Positions 1 to 13,045 of a DNA stretch of 64,000 nt are shown here, piece by piece; the stretch's first letter is position 1, and each line of letters begins with the position of its first letter. The position numbers and the translations under genes were made by a program. The notes beneath the pieces were generated by a model. It saw nothing but the letters and a program-made list of their open reading frames with translations. It searched no databases and had not been told where the DNA came from. Origin of the DNA: Antedon mediterranea (Eukaryota; Animalia; Echinodermata); NCBI RefSeq assembly GCF_964355755.1, contig NC_092672.1, positions 25,364,437 to 25,428,436 of the forward strand, in the 5' to 3' direction.

Positions 1-808
1 ACGTCGTGGTGGTGTATCGTTACATGTACTTTACTATTTCAATCGACTATGACAGTGACAATTTTAACAGTTATTAAATCGGAAATGTTTTACTCTATTT
101 TTAGTGTTATGTTATTTATAGGCCTATTAAAAAAAAACCCCAACCCTCAATAATGTTAGATACAAAATACAAATTGGGTTTGTTTAAATGAGTCCAAATG
201 AAACATTTGGACTCATTTTGTGAGAAGTTTCTGTTTTGGAAGTAATTAGCAGGGTGCTAATTTTGGTTGACTACATAAATACATAAATAAATGTTTTATA
301 GTCATGCGGTACGTAGGCCTACATTTTGAAATCGCCAGTTTTTTTACGCTGAAATTACTCGGTATTCGTTTCAGTAAATCGCGCGTAACCTTTTTTTCTC
401 AATGCTTTAGAAAGTGAGTTCATACTTTCCGTAATAAGTTGCAACAGCAATTGAAAACTATTAGGCCTACTAATTAAGTTGAGTTAGATAATTATTCATT
501 GATGATTAAAGTGAATAGAAGTGCTTTATATGTAATTGTGCTTCGATGGTTCAAATACATACGTCCTTTATGTTATATTTACACATCGTTTGTTTTCTTC
601 TTCCGACTGTGTAGACAATAAAGAACAACATAAAATTGACAGGATACGATACATTCATAGGTAATAATAGACAACAATTGAAAAGTAAATTACGGCTATA
701 CAAATGACATGCTGCTTGTTTGCCGGTCTGTGGATGAGAGAGAGAGAAACATCTTTTGTTCTTACATAGTCTTTCAATGGAGAAAGGGCTAATGTATAAT
801 TATTTTAG

Positions 809-1078
809 GTTTTTCAACGGCGTGTGGGGGCAATTCAATATATTATTTTTATCGGTATTGAAAGGAGTATAAATATGGATTTGGAAATGTGGGCGGTGAG
901 TTCTGGGTGGGAAATGACGATATAAATGAGATGACGTCATTTAGAAAGTACAACCTTCGAATTGATATGAAAACGGTTTCTGGTGAAGCATACTATACAG
1001 TATACGAATCCTTCAGAATCAGGAATGAAAGTGAATGCTACACTTTGGAACTTGGAAATCTAATAAACGGCAACACTG
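809..1078 (+). pseudogene. Fibrinogen-related domain (FReD) exon, decayed (copy 1)
   Basis: Acceptor ttttag|GTT at 809. Reads VFQRRV, then after a frameshift FYRY*KEYKYGFGNVGGEFWVGNDDINEMT...YNLRIDM...YYTVYESFRI.NESECYTLELG, the classic FBG/FReD core. TGA replaces the conserved Trp. Phase-1 donor G|GT at 1078/1079. Confidence 0.85.
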
Positions 1079-2123
1079 GTATAATAATGCAGAGATTGTT
1101 ATTAATGTTAAACCTGCATTATTAACTAATTTTTATACAAACCAAAATCAGACCAAATTTGTTGAAGATAAGAGCAATTTTCAAATTGTATGTTTTAATT
1201 TGATTCCAATGTTTAAACTCGCGCGGGAAATGCTATGGGCATACATTTATTTAATTTTGGGTTTTCCACTTCTTGCTTTCATCACATGAAAGTGCCTGGG
1301 CGTTATACTAGTTCACATCCGTACCGACCGTATCATGACTAGAATTCTAGTGATAATATTTATAAACTGAATTTAGCTTGAGCGGCTATTACAGTAAATA
1401 AATAAGAGGCTTATATAAGATATACTATTTAGTAAAATATCACTGATTAAAAATCTAAAGAAGCTTGGTTCCACAGGACGTGTTTCATATGGAGAGTTTG
1501 AAATAAAGTTGAATTGAATTGTAATGCAGCACGTGGTGACCTATTACAAGCAATATTACGATCTGTCTACACTATCAAACTGGTTGTCAGAGTTTGGTAG
1601 TGTAGACAGAGATTTATTTGAATTATTGCTTATGTTTCGTCCTCCCATCAGAGACACAAAGTAAGGACGTAGACTCATACTTTTAAACAAACTTGTCGTA
1701 TTTTGTAATAACCTGTCGTGTATTATAAAACAAACTTGTATCAATTGAGATGTGGTTTTTTATAATATATAATAATTTCATTCTTTTTAATCCAATCAAA
1801 TATGATCAATAACAACAATGATTTGTTTTATTCTCAATTTATAATTTCTCTTACTAATCATAATGTCATTTGATTGAACTTATTATACTATTTTTATTTT
1901 CATCAAAAGCAATATAATGGTTATTATCCTATAATGAATATAGGATGAAAACTGTTTCGATTTTGTTTCTTTTATGCGGTGAGAAATGCATTATTTGTTT
2001 AATTATCGTCGATCGCTATCGTCCTAGTATAAATGGGCCATAAGTTAGTTCTGATGGACAAACAATGAGGCGATTCAACAATCAGATCTGTAAACTGTGG
2101 TATTCTGCAGTTTCTTGTATCCT

Positions 2124-2971
2124 AACAAGGCCAACAGCCATTAAGTCGCGTGCTACAATGCATAGTGATACCGGACCGACAGACAGACCGACAGACAGAC
2201 AGACAGACAGAGAGACGGACCGACCGACATAGTGAACTATACTGACCGAAATTACTGAACATGTTTAAAAATGTTGAAATGTTTAAAAACATTTATTTTT
2301 TTTAATTTACACGTGCGTAGCCTGTCAATTTCGACGTGCTCGTATAACGTAATTTCGAGTTGAAAAGTAAGTCAAGAAAACAGAAATCGGGCAAAAAGAG
2401 TGCGTAATAACATTTAACGCGCAGTGCGCGCGCAAAAATATGCGCACTCATGGCAATTTTGTAAACGCTTAAAATTGCCTGAAATGTACTCTTATTTCAT
2501 CGAAAATAAATTTTGAAAATGTTAAGCACGCGTACGCATGCGTTACATGCGCTACGCACGTAATTGTATTGCCATATGATGATATTTTATGCCCTGAAAT
2601 TTATGAGTACCAAATTTTATTTAATTGTGATTCATGGTTGTGAAGATATGATTACAAACGTGATTTCGTTAAATCGTGCGTAGACCGCGTAATTTTTTAT
2701 TGCGCACCGTGAAAACATAACCACATTGATTCCTGGCCATAAGGAATATACTGTGAAAAATTGACCTAGCTAGATTAAACTGATATCAAGATAAGGTCAG
2801 AAAGCGATAAAACGCATAGTGATACCGGACCGACAGACAGACAGACAGACCGACAGACAGACCGACAGACAGACCGACAGACAGACCGACAGACAGACCG
2901 ACAGACAGACAGACAGACAGACCGACCGACCGACTTAGTGAACTATAGAGTCGCTTCCACGCGACTAAAAA
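2124..2971 (-). mobile_element. Non-autonomous Helentron-associated (HINE/DINE-1-like) element with GTCY microsatellite
   Basis: On the minus strand it starts TTTTTAGTCGCGTGGAAGCGACT (hairpin), then (GTCG/GTCT)n. SubTIR AGTCGCGTG (~2144) pairs with CACGCGACT (~2958). Small hairpin and AACAAG terminus at 2124. The microsatellite block is duplicated (2160-2240, 2815-2947). Confidence 0.75.
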
Positions 2972-4959
2972 TACAGTATAACTTCTCCCTCTATATAATC
3001 GGCTGCAGGTATATCTTTGTCATTATTTCTTTTTCATAATGTTGGTATCAATTCTTTTATCAAATTGCAATGACACTAGGATTAGTCAGTTTAATCGTGT
3101 TCATTTTTTAAATGTTGTATGATTGTAAGCATTATTCTGCTTAACTTTTCGTATCATTATAAAAGATTCAATATTGTTTTTTCTCTTTATGGGCTATACG
3201 ATTGGAGTTATTTTCAACATTCAATGTATTTAAATGAATATCTCGGTGGATAAAATTGATAAATTGATAACAATTAAAGAGCACTAGCATTCATCAGATA
3301 GTTGTTGAGAATTGCTTTATTTATCAAACCAGTTCTTTCTATCTTATGAATGAACTTCGTTATCTCAGATATAAACAAATACTTTATTTTGAAAACTGAC
3401 ATAAGTTACACTTTCAAAGAGCACGTTTGATAAATACAATAAAATGAACACAACATCCTTCTTTTTTAAAGTTTAGGAAAACATACTCTCTGTATTGATT
3501 GACACTCCCGCAATTTATGGACATGGTAGATAGTGTGATTTCTGTTATTATTAGATATTGTACGCAATCTAATCATAACACATCAGTAAACCGAACAAGT
3601 CATTAGTAACAATGCGCGTATTGATTGATAGATATAAATTTTTTTTACTAGCAATTTCAATTGATTTTTAAAAAGCCGTTCTTATTCTTATTATCAATAC
3701 TGGATGGTACGCTTGCTTAGCTCGCGTACCATCTAGGTCGTGTCCACATATGGTTCTTGAATACACAGTAATTTCAGCGTAAAAATGTACGTACCACAGG
3801 ACTATAGTACATTGTCATTTACAGAAACGAATAAATAGACATGATGATTTATGTAAAATTAGCACCCTGGGATTTAGGCCTTGTCTTAAAAAATTAGTCC
3901 AATTTTTTTATCTCAACTCATTTAAACAAACCCAATTTGTGTTTTGTATATAACATTAGAGTTGAGGGATGGGGAAGAAGATGGGAAGAACAATTTTTAA
4001 ATATATTCTCTATCCACTCAGTAACGAAATATTGTTTTAAATGTTTTATAGGCCTATTAATAATATACCACTTAAACACAGTAAAACATTTACGATTTAT
4101 AATGCTTTTTTAAAACTTTCCGTGTTATAGATAGTCGATTGAAATAGTAAAGTACATGTAACGATACACTACTACGACGTTTATATTTTTTATAATTATT
4201 AATTACTAAAACGTTGAGAAGCAACTGTCAGTAATCTACCCACAGTCACAGTAATAAATGTTCTTTGTATATTTTGTTTATATATCTAACAGTAACCACA
4301 TTCACAGTAAGACGATTTAGATTCAAATGGCGAACACTAAATGGTTAATACGTACAGTATTTACAATATTGTCAAAGTATTGCAATAATATATATAAGTT
4401 TTATTCTCCACGGGCCCATAAATTTACCTACTTGTGTTAAACCAATGGCTCATAAATTTAACTACAAACTGGGAATCTGAGAGATTGGAATGTTCCATTC
4501 ATCGCAAATCAATACATTTGTTTAAACGTATATTAAATCTATCAAAATAGTATTTTTTAAAGAAAATCGGCCGGTCTTCAACATTATGATACTGTACTCG
4601 AGCTGTTCAATCGGTTTTCAGCTATCAAAAACAATTATCATAGGAGGAGATAGGAAAATGCGAAGTATCCTCGAATTATTGTGTGCAGGTATTTTTCATG
4701 AGGACATCCATTAGACAGTATGTACCACGATCGGAAAACACCCCTATTTGAGACAAATCGTTGAACCTAAATTCGTTTTAATTGTCAATAACTAATTATC
4801 TAACTAAATTTAATTAGTAAACAGGGTTACATCAGGTGGTTAAAATCAGTACCGAGATTCTAACCAACTTTACATACCATCGAGTAAAAATTCTAGAAAT
4901 AACGCGCGATTTACCGAATTTTGCCCTTACGTAAATTTATATATAGATGACGCGTACGC

Positions 4960-5260
4960 ATTTTTAAAACCATATTTTATTAAAATAGAAACTACGAACG
5001 AATATTATATATTTGCCGATGGTAAATATTATGTATTGAGAATTATATGCTTTGCAGTAGTAGGGTTGTTGATGGGGTAATAAAAAAGTGCAAGGCAACG
5101 GTGCAAGTCAAAGATTTATGCGAGGCATCGTTTTTAAAACAATATTTTATTAAAAATAGAAACTACGTACGAATATTATATATTTGCCGATGATAAATAT
5201 TTTGTATTAAGAACATACGCTTTGCAGTAGGGTTGATGATGGGTTGTAACAGTGCGAGGC
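4960..5260. repeat. Tandem duplication, two ~170-bp diverged units
   Basis: TTTTTAAAAC(C/A)ATATTTTATTAAAA...ATTTGCCGATG...TTTGCAGTAG occurs at ~4960 and ~5130. Confidence 0.75.
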
Positions 5261-5484
5261 ATCGTTTTGAATCCACCAAAAAATGCGAGGCATCATTATC
5301 CTTTATCAAAAGTGCGATGCAGAGGAAATCAACGAAATTGATGATGTAGACTAGGGGCCGGATTTATCAAACTTGCTTAGCAAAAAAATCGTCTTAACTT
5401 TGCCTTAAATCCTTGATTTTGCCTAAGTCAGATTTATCAATATATCTAAGCAAAAAAATTTGCCTAATTTTGTCTTAAATCATA

Positions 5485-8400
5485 CGCCCGTATTCTTAAA
5501 CCGGACTTTAGTCGTAGTTCGAAGTTCGACTTGGAAAGTCATAGTTCGAGCTATTACTTCAAATTCGATTCAAAAACGAAGTAGTCGAAGTTTGCAGTTC
5601 GACTTAATGAAGTCGAGCTTTTAGTCGAGTTGCACACGTCTGGGTAACAAAGGCTATACATTGGCCAATGACAAGAGAGTATTGAGGAGCAGACGAAATT
5701 TTGCGCATTGATATCACTTTCCATTTCTTACAACACTTTTTACGCATCAGGACTATATACATGAAAAATAATTTTAATCGTTAATTATTAGAACAATATC
5801 AGTATTAATTTAACAGTGAAGTATATTTGATTAACAACAAATAAAATCTTTAAAATATATTTAGGAACCATGGCGGTACGGTAACTTTTATATTTTCTAG
5901 GCCCCCAACAAAGTATGATCACCACGAACCACGCACTTCATAGCGTGACAAGAAAGCGCTAGGCCCCCTAAACATTCCATCGCGTGGTGAATTGCCGCAT
6001 CTCCCATTGTCGCTATGGCGTGACGTAGCTCAAGTCGGACTTGCGCGAAGAAAATAATGTAATTTGTATACAGTTGTAAATAAAGATGATTTTCATTATT
6101 ATAATTTATACCAATGTATATTTAATTAAGCTAATATAAATATAGATATTTCATTCTTCAATATCTGGCCAATATAACAACTCAATGACTGTTACGTTTT
6201 TTATAAACATCGTTTAAAAACCATTTAGTCGACCATTTAGTCTGCCCCCTCCAGGACTAAAAAAATCGATCAAAATCCGTCTCGATTTAGTCGAGGTTGG
6301 CCTGATTTAGTCGGTGATTTAGTTGAAGTTCGGTTTATGAATTAAAATGACGTCATTTTTTTAGTTTTAGCTCGAACTACGACTAAAGTCCGGTTTAAGA
6401 ATACTAGTGGAGTCTGTTAGGGATATTTTGGTTCACTTTTTTCCAAAAGCACCAAATTTGGTATACAGGTTGCCCACCCTATACAAATTCAATTTTTGAT
6501 GGGCGCCAAGCAAAATGACCCCTTGGGTCACCTAATTTGCATAATTTAAAATGGCGGACATTTTCGCTTAAACAGTCTATATCTCAAAAAATATTGGTCA
6601 TAGGGAGTTGATTTTTAGCCCAAAATGTTCAGAACATAAACATTCCTATTTACTCTAATGAAGTATTTTTGAAAAAAATGACCGGAAGTACCAGTTTTAA
6701 CCTTTGACCCATATTTTAAGGAATTGCCATATCTCAGTAAATAGTTGTCACAGACAGTTTATTTAAGTGTCAAATTGTTCAGAATATATATGTTACTATT
6801 TAGTTTAATGAAACATTTTATCCAAAAATGACCGGAAGTACTCAGTTTTGCCTTTGACCGTTACGATGTAATTACCAACCTTGTTACGGTTAATATATTT
6901 TGATATCCATAAAACTACTTGTCATAGAGAGTTAATGTTGGTGTCAAAATGTTCAGAACATAAATATTTCTATTTACTATAATAAAGTTTTTTCTCAAAT
7001 AATGACCAGAAATACCATATTTGACCTTTGACCTGTTTTTTTAGGCAAATTGCTATATCTCATTATTGGGTTGGCGTGGAAAGTTCATTTTGGTGTCAGA
7101 TTGTTCAGAATATATATGTTACTATTATGTTTAATAGAAGATTTTTCCAAAAAATGTCAGGAAGTACAGTTGACCTGTTACATACATAAAATTATAAATT
7201 TGTTCAAGTTAACTGTATATTTATATTATTTTGCAATCCACTTTTGAGCACTTGTCGAAGATGGCTACTTGCATGTGCAATTGAACGAAGTATACTGAAT
7301 GAAGTTGAATAGATTGTCCTATTTGTAGTGAGTCTAGAGTAACGCAAATGAGAGAAAATTGTATAGACAAAAAATACCCAATCTCATTCTCATCTAATCG
7401 AGTACTTAAATGAAGTCTTCTACACATTTAGCAATAATGTTTACTGATGAAATCTATTCAAGTTTTGTTTTGGAAAGTTAGTGTTTCCATCACTTGTGTT
7501 TGTTTGGTTGTTACATTCAGGGTAATTGTCCTATATTGCATTGCTTCGCTGAGTATCTTTCTTTAAAGGGCCTTCAAACTGGGGTATAACCTACTAATTA
7601 AAAGGATGGACATTTTCGGGATGCACAATATAAAAACTAGACTACTGTTGCCATATCACGAACCACAACTGAAATATATATTTTTTTCCACCAGACCTAA
7701 AGTAATCCTTGGTCCGCCAAACTTGGCAGAATTCTCGAATTTTAATTTTTTTAAATTTGGCCATCATCTGGACACGATTTGGGTATTACAGTTTTGTTAC
7801 TTATGACATTACGCCTTAGTATCATCTTTTTCATTAAGCCTTTTTACTTGATTTTTGGTTGATTAGTAAATGTTAAATTGTTGTTATATTGGAATTGGTA
7901 ACAACTCTTGGCTTGTGTAACATAATGTATTGATGAGCTGTTTTAACCTCATTAACAGATTTACTTTTATTACTTTCATTTCTTTTTTTTACATTTTCAA
8001 AGTATTGAATGATGTGTCCTTTCTCATATCGAGTATTTGGAAAATAATGGCTTATTCAAACTTCTTTAGCAATCCTTGAACAGTCTGGTTGGTTCAGTCA
8101 CCATAAGCACATGTATGGTAATTGTAATATTTTCAGTGTTCTCGTAAAGACGAAATGCCCCATCATGTTCTGAGCTTGAGTATGATATTGTTTCTTAGAA
8201 ATGAGGCTAAACCTTTTTGTTGATTTTTGCACAACATTTCCATTCATAAAATTTGCATTGTTTACATAGTCAAGGACATGCAATACAGAGTTCATTTTAA
8301 GTTTGAAAAAAGGGCAATATATGAAAAAGAGGATACTAGAGCGTAACATGTCATTAGTAACAAAACTGTTCCTATTCATCCAATCTCTTCTAGATGATTA

Positions 8401-9712
8401 CTGTATATGGTCGGTTTCTTTTTTTTTTTTATTTGAAAATCGTTGAGAACCACCAATCTGGACGGTCCTTGGATGACTTAGGTCTGGAGGACAGAAATCT
8501 TCGGTGTCTTTTCCCCATTCAGTGGTTGTTCGTGTTATGGCAACAAAGAGAAATGTAGCAACATGAAATTGTTATGCAACAGCAAGCACAAGTGACGGAA
8601 ACACTAACTTTCCAAAACAAAACTTTTTCTGGATTTCATCAGTAGGCCTACACATTATTGCTAAATATGTGGAAGACTTCATTTAAATACTCGATTAGAT
8701 GAGATTGGGTATTTTTTGTATATACAATTTTCTCATTTCTCATTTACATTACTCTAGACTCACTACAAATAGGACAATCTATTCAATTTTGTTCAGTATA
8801 CTTTGTTCAATTGCACATGCAAGCAGCCATCTTCGACAAGTGCTCAAAAGTGGGTTGCAAAATAATATCATAAATATACAGTTAACTATACAATTAACTG
8901 AACAAATTTATAAATTTTATGTATTTAACAAGTCAATAACTATACTTCCTGAAATTTTTTTGAAAAATCTTCTATTAAGCAGAATAGAAACATATATATT
9001 CTGAACAATTTGACACCAAAATGAACTTTCCACTCCAACCCAATAATGAGATATGGCAATTTGCCTGAAAAAACAGGTCAAAGGTATTTCTGGTCATTAT
9101 TTGAGAAAAAACTTTATTATAGTAAATAGAAATGTTTATGTTCTGAACATTTTGACACCAAAATTAACTCTCTATGACAAGTAGTTTTATGGATATCAAA
9201 ATGTATTAACCGTAACAAGGTTGGTAATTACACCGTAACGGTCAAAGGCAAAACTGAGTACTTCCGGTCATTTTTGGATAAAATGTTTCATTAAATTAAA
9301 TAGTAACATATATATTCTGAACAATTTGACACTTAAATAAACTGTCTGTGACAACTATTTACTGAGATATGGCAATGCCTTAAAATATGGGTCAAAGGTT
9401 AAAACTGGTACTTCCGGTCATTTTTTTCAAAAATACTTCATTAGAGTAAATAGGAATGTTTATGTTCTGAACATTTTGGGCTAAAAATCAACTCCCTATG
9501 ACCAATATTTTTAGAGATATAGACTGTTTAAGCGAAAATGTCCCCCATTTTAAATTATGCAAATTAGGTGACCCAAGGGGTCATTTTGCTTGGCGCCCAT
9601 CAAAAATTGAATTTGTATAGGGTGGGCAACCTGTATACCAAATTTGGTGCTTTTGGAAGAAACTGAACCAAACACCCTTATTTCAGCCCTAACAGACTCC
9701 ACTATACGGGCG
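5485..9712. mobile_element. MITE with ~38-bp TIRs and TA TSD; right TIR interrupted by an Academ-like element
   Basis: CGCCCGTATTCTTAAACCGGACTTTAGTCGTAGTTCGA at 5485. The reverse complement is split between ~6372-6404 and 9708-9712. TA on both flanks. Confidence 0.8.
6405..9704 (-). mobile_element. Internally deleted Academ (AcademX-like) DNA transposon with >1.1-kb TIRs
   Basis: TAGTGGAG...CTCCACTA termini and 3-bp TSD TAC (6402-6404, 9705-9707). Arms 6405-~7550 and ~8580-9704 are near-perfect inverted copies. The spacer's minus strand reads LHVLDYVN...FMNGNVVQKSTKRFSLISKKQYH, then in other frames LYEN...EFE, resembling the Academ transposase FVVQK..FS.I..DQ.HEQ region. Confidence 0.8.
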
Positions 9713-10545
9713 TAAGACAAACAACACCCTGCCTTAAGATGAAAAATTTCGTCTTATCTCATTTCTGCAACAGAAACATTCTTTTTTGACAACGCGAGCG
9801 CGCTAGGTCGGAACATTGAACATTCGGAAAGGCTACGCTAGTGCGTTTTCCGCTGTACTACGGACGCTAAAATAATGATATCGATCTTCATAAAGATGGC
9901 CTAGAAATTGGACGAGCAAAACTAATATTTTCGGGATAGGTACGACCCAATTGACTAACTTTTAGAAAACTGTATCGGCTGCCAAGGGTCGCTGTCATTG
10001 ATAAAAATAAATGAATGTTGATTTGATTTAAGTTTAGAGCGAATGATTTTCGTATGTATTTCCGACTGTTGTGCTCTTTCTCTATTTTAAGTAATAAAAA
10101 CAATAGTAGCCAGAATGCGCCCTCTCTTGTTGGGAGTGAAAATACGAAGATAAAATGTTATAGCGCCGCCATCGCTAAGAGAAAAAAGGTAATACGCATG
10201 CGTAAGCAAGAAGTTTTCGTCTTAAGACATAAGTTGCTGCCCTCTAGAGTTTAATTTTGCGCATGTGCAAAGTAAAATTTACCTAAGACAATTTTTCTGC
10301 TAAGACATTGCTAAGACGGTTTGATAAATAAGATTAAGATATTTGCTTAAGCACTTCTTAAATATTTCACCTTAAGCAAAAATATAAGCAAATATTGATA
10401 AATGCCAACCTAGGTCTTGTACATGGACATCGTTCGTACTACTGAAGGAATATTGTATGAATACAGCAATAATTATTATAAAACATTTATTAAAATATTT
10501 TCTATAGCTACATAGGCCTCTAGGTTAGGGCTAAGCATAATTGCT

Positions 10546-10758
10546 AAAGTGTGATTTTAGGCATAGAATATGTTGATTTTCGAACGATCGAGTGCAGACG
10601 ATTGGTAATCACAACATTATGCTCCGAAATGACAGAGAGAAGTCTGTGCGTTGCTAAAAACCATGTGCCTCACATGAAATGAAAAAAATGAAATGATGAA
10701 ATGATGTGCGTGGTATCATTTCATCAATCATCATATACTATGCCTAAAATCACACTTT
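10546..10758. mobile_element. Small MITE-like inverted repeat (~210 bp)
   Basis: AAAGTGTGATTTTAGGCATAGAATATG pairs with CATATACTATGCCTAAAATCACACTTT. Confidence 0.6.
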
Positions 10759-12884
10759 CGCAGCCTCACACTTTTTCTTTATATATGTGAACTTTATTCA
10801 ATCAATCGTACATTTGTTATAATGGTAACCATAATAAGATATAATATTACAGTAGATTTTTACAAAAAACAAAACCAATATAAATAAAATATTAATTATA
10901 AAATATATATAATGATTATTTACAGTAATGATAATAGTAAAAATTAATTGTTTATATTGACTATTATTCGAAACAGAAGTTGAATAATAAAATACTGAAA
11001 AGTTTAATTAGAGGTTTACAATCAATGGAAAAGATGAAAAAATATAATATTGTAAGTATTAAAAGTAGCAGATAGTGGTTAGTAAGATTACTGTATATTG
11101 CAACGACCTACAGATGAACATGGTTATAAGCAAAAAATATATATCGATTGATTAAATCGGGCATCACTATAAGCAAAGCTTTAAAATGTGATGTCCTATG
11201 TAACAATTAAAAATTGGAAAAAAATAAATAAATAAATAAAATTACAATAAAAACAATAACAATAAGTAAATATATATGTAAACAATAGAGACAATAAGCA
11301 ATAATCATAAATGACAAAATATTATTAATACATTTAATAACAATTTCAAATATATGACCAGAATAGATCATTCATTAAAAAAAAAATCGACAATGATAAA
11401 TATTTTGTTCATAATACGTTGTGATTTTTGGTATTAGAATATTTTTTGAGGAGATTAGTATGAATTGTTTTTTTAAATAAACCTACGCTCTTGATTTCTC
11501 TTACTGAGTTTTCAAGGCTATTCCATGTCTTGGCACCCAATAGCATATACTCTGTTGTCCTATTTTGGTTCTTTGTAGTACAGTGGTATAGTTTTTTTTA
11601 TTCCTGGTATCATAATTATGTGTTGATTCAATTGTTTGAAAGAAAGTGTCAAACGTAATTGGGAGCTGTTTATTATAAAATTGGAAGAGTAGTATTGCCA
11701 TATACTTTTCATAAAGATCGAATATATTTAATGTGTTGGTTTGTATAAATAGCGGTTGGGAAGGATGTTGATAGTGGACTTTGCATATAATCCGTAGTGC
11801 TTTTTTCTGGAGGATGTGAAGTCGGTTTAATTTACTTGGTCTGAAGGAGCCCCATACTACTATTGCATACGTTAAATGGGGAAGGATTATAGATTTATAA
11901 ATTTGCAATAGAGTCATATATGGTAAAAAATACTTTAATTTATTCAGAATTCCTATTATCTTTGAAACTTTGTTTGCAATGCGATCAATATGAGTACAAA
12001 AGGACAAAAATTTGTCTAAGGTAACTCCTTAGAATTTGATATTTGACCTCTTTGAGTGTTGTGTTATAGTCCAGTCAATCTAATGATATACCCACCACAA
12101 ATTGCAATAGTAACAAAGCTAGTATTTTTGAATTCTATATAAAGTGTAGAACGACATACTAAAAGTCACCGAAAATCCAAGCATTGGGTCAAGGGGTCAG
12201 AGATCAATAAAGGTCATTTTAAGTCAAAATTAATATGCCCCATTAATTACATATATTTAACCATTTTAAATACATTATATACAATTGTGATTTATTTCAT
12301 TCGAAAGCTTATTAAATTTCCTATTCAGTGATATCAAACTTATAGTCATAACATTTTATTTAGAATGTCATTTTTGCGGAAAAACACAACATAATGTGTC
12401 AATTTTGGGTAAACATTTTGTTTTCGCTGTAAACAACAATGGTATACACACAGGGATACCCTGGGGTGAACATTTCAGTCCAACGCGATACACATGACCA
12501 GTTCAAGATGCAGATGAGTGACATCTCTGTTCCTGTTGCTTCTGGATGATCTACATTCCATTTTTTCCAGATGGCATTTGTGTTGCCATGGTTACACTAT
12601 TTATATTGGAATGTATAAATATTTTAACGATTTTTTAACCAGTAGAAATACTAAGATGTTCAACAGCAGTTTGACAATGACCTCCATGCTGTATGACGTT
12701 CGGACCATCTGGGCTGGATTGTCAACAGACCTGGTGATTGAAAAAGTTTCTATGAGAAGCCTCAAAGAAAACCAGAGGTTTGACAAGAGATATAGGAATG
12801 CGTACATCCAGACCAAATCTGCGCTGAAATGTATGTAATGCCTTGCAATAGTATCAGGACGTTACTCCAGCAGCGGCCAACATA

Positions 12885-13045
12885 AAGCCGATTTTCTACT
12901 AGGTGAATTTGTTCGCGCGAATCAAAGGCGTCAGCTAATACGCATGCGTAGAGAAGGATTTGGAAGATGTAAACATGAATACACATGCGTACAAGCTGGC
13001 GCGTTCGATTCGCGCGAACAAATTCGCCTAGTGGAAAATCGGCTT
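12885..13045. mobile_element. ~160-bp MITE, TA flanks, inside the Academ element
   Basis: AAGCCGATTTTCTACTAGGTGAATTTGTTCGCGCGAATC pairs with GATTCGCGCGAACAAATTCGCCTAGTGGAAAATCGGCTT. Confidence 0.85.

Larger units (their letters stand above)
5355..10410. mobile_element. MITE (PIF/Harbinger-like), outermost host of nested insertions
   Basis: Imperfect TIRs GGGCCGGATTTATCAA / TTGATAAATGCCAACC, flanked by TAG at 5352-5354 and 10411-10413. CTTAAG/CTAAG-rich subrepeats at both ends. Confidence 0.55.

Noticed and set aside
889-1289. ORFs 889-1125 and 1035-1289 as complete genes
   Set aside because: The first is an internal exon running into an intron; the second is an alternative-frame, mostly intronic ORF.
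6405-9704. CACTA/EnSpm classification because the element ends in ...CCACTA with a 3-bp TSD
   Set aside because: CACTA elements begin with CACTA; this one begins TAGTGG, and its internal remnant looks Academ-like.
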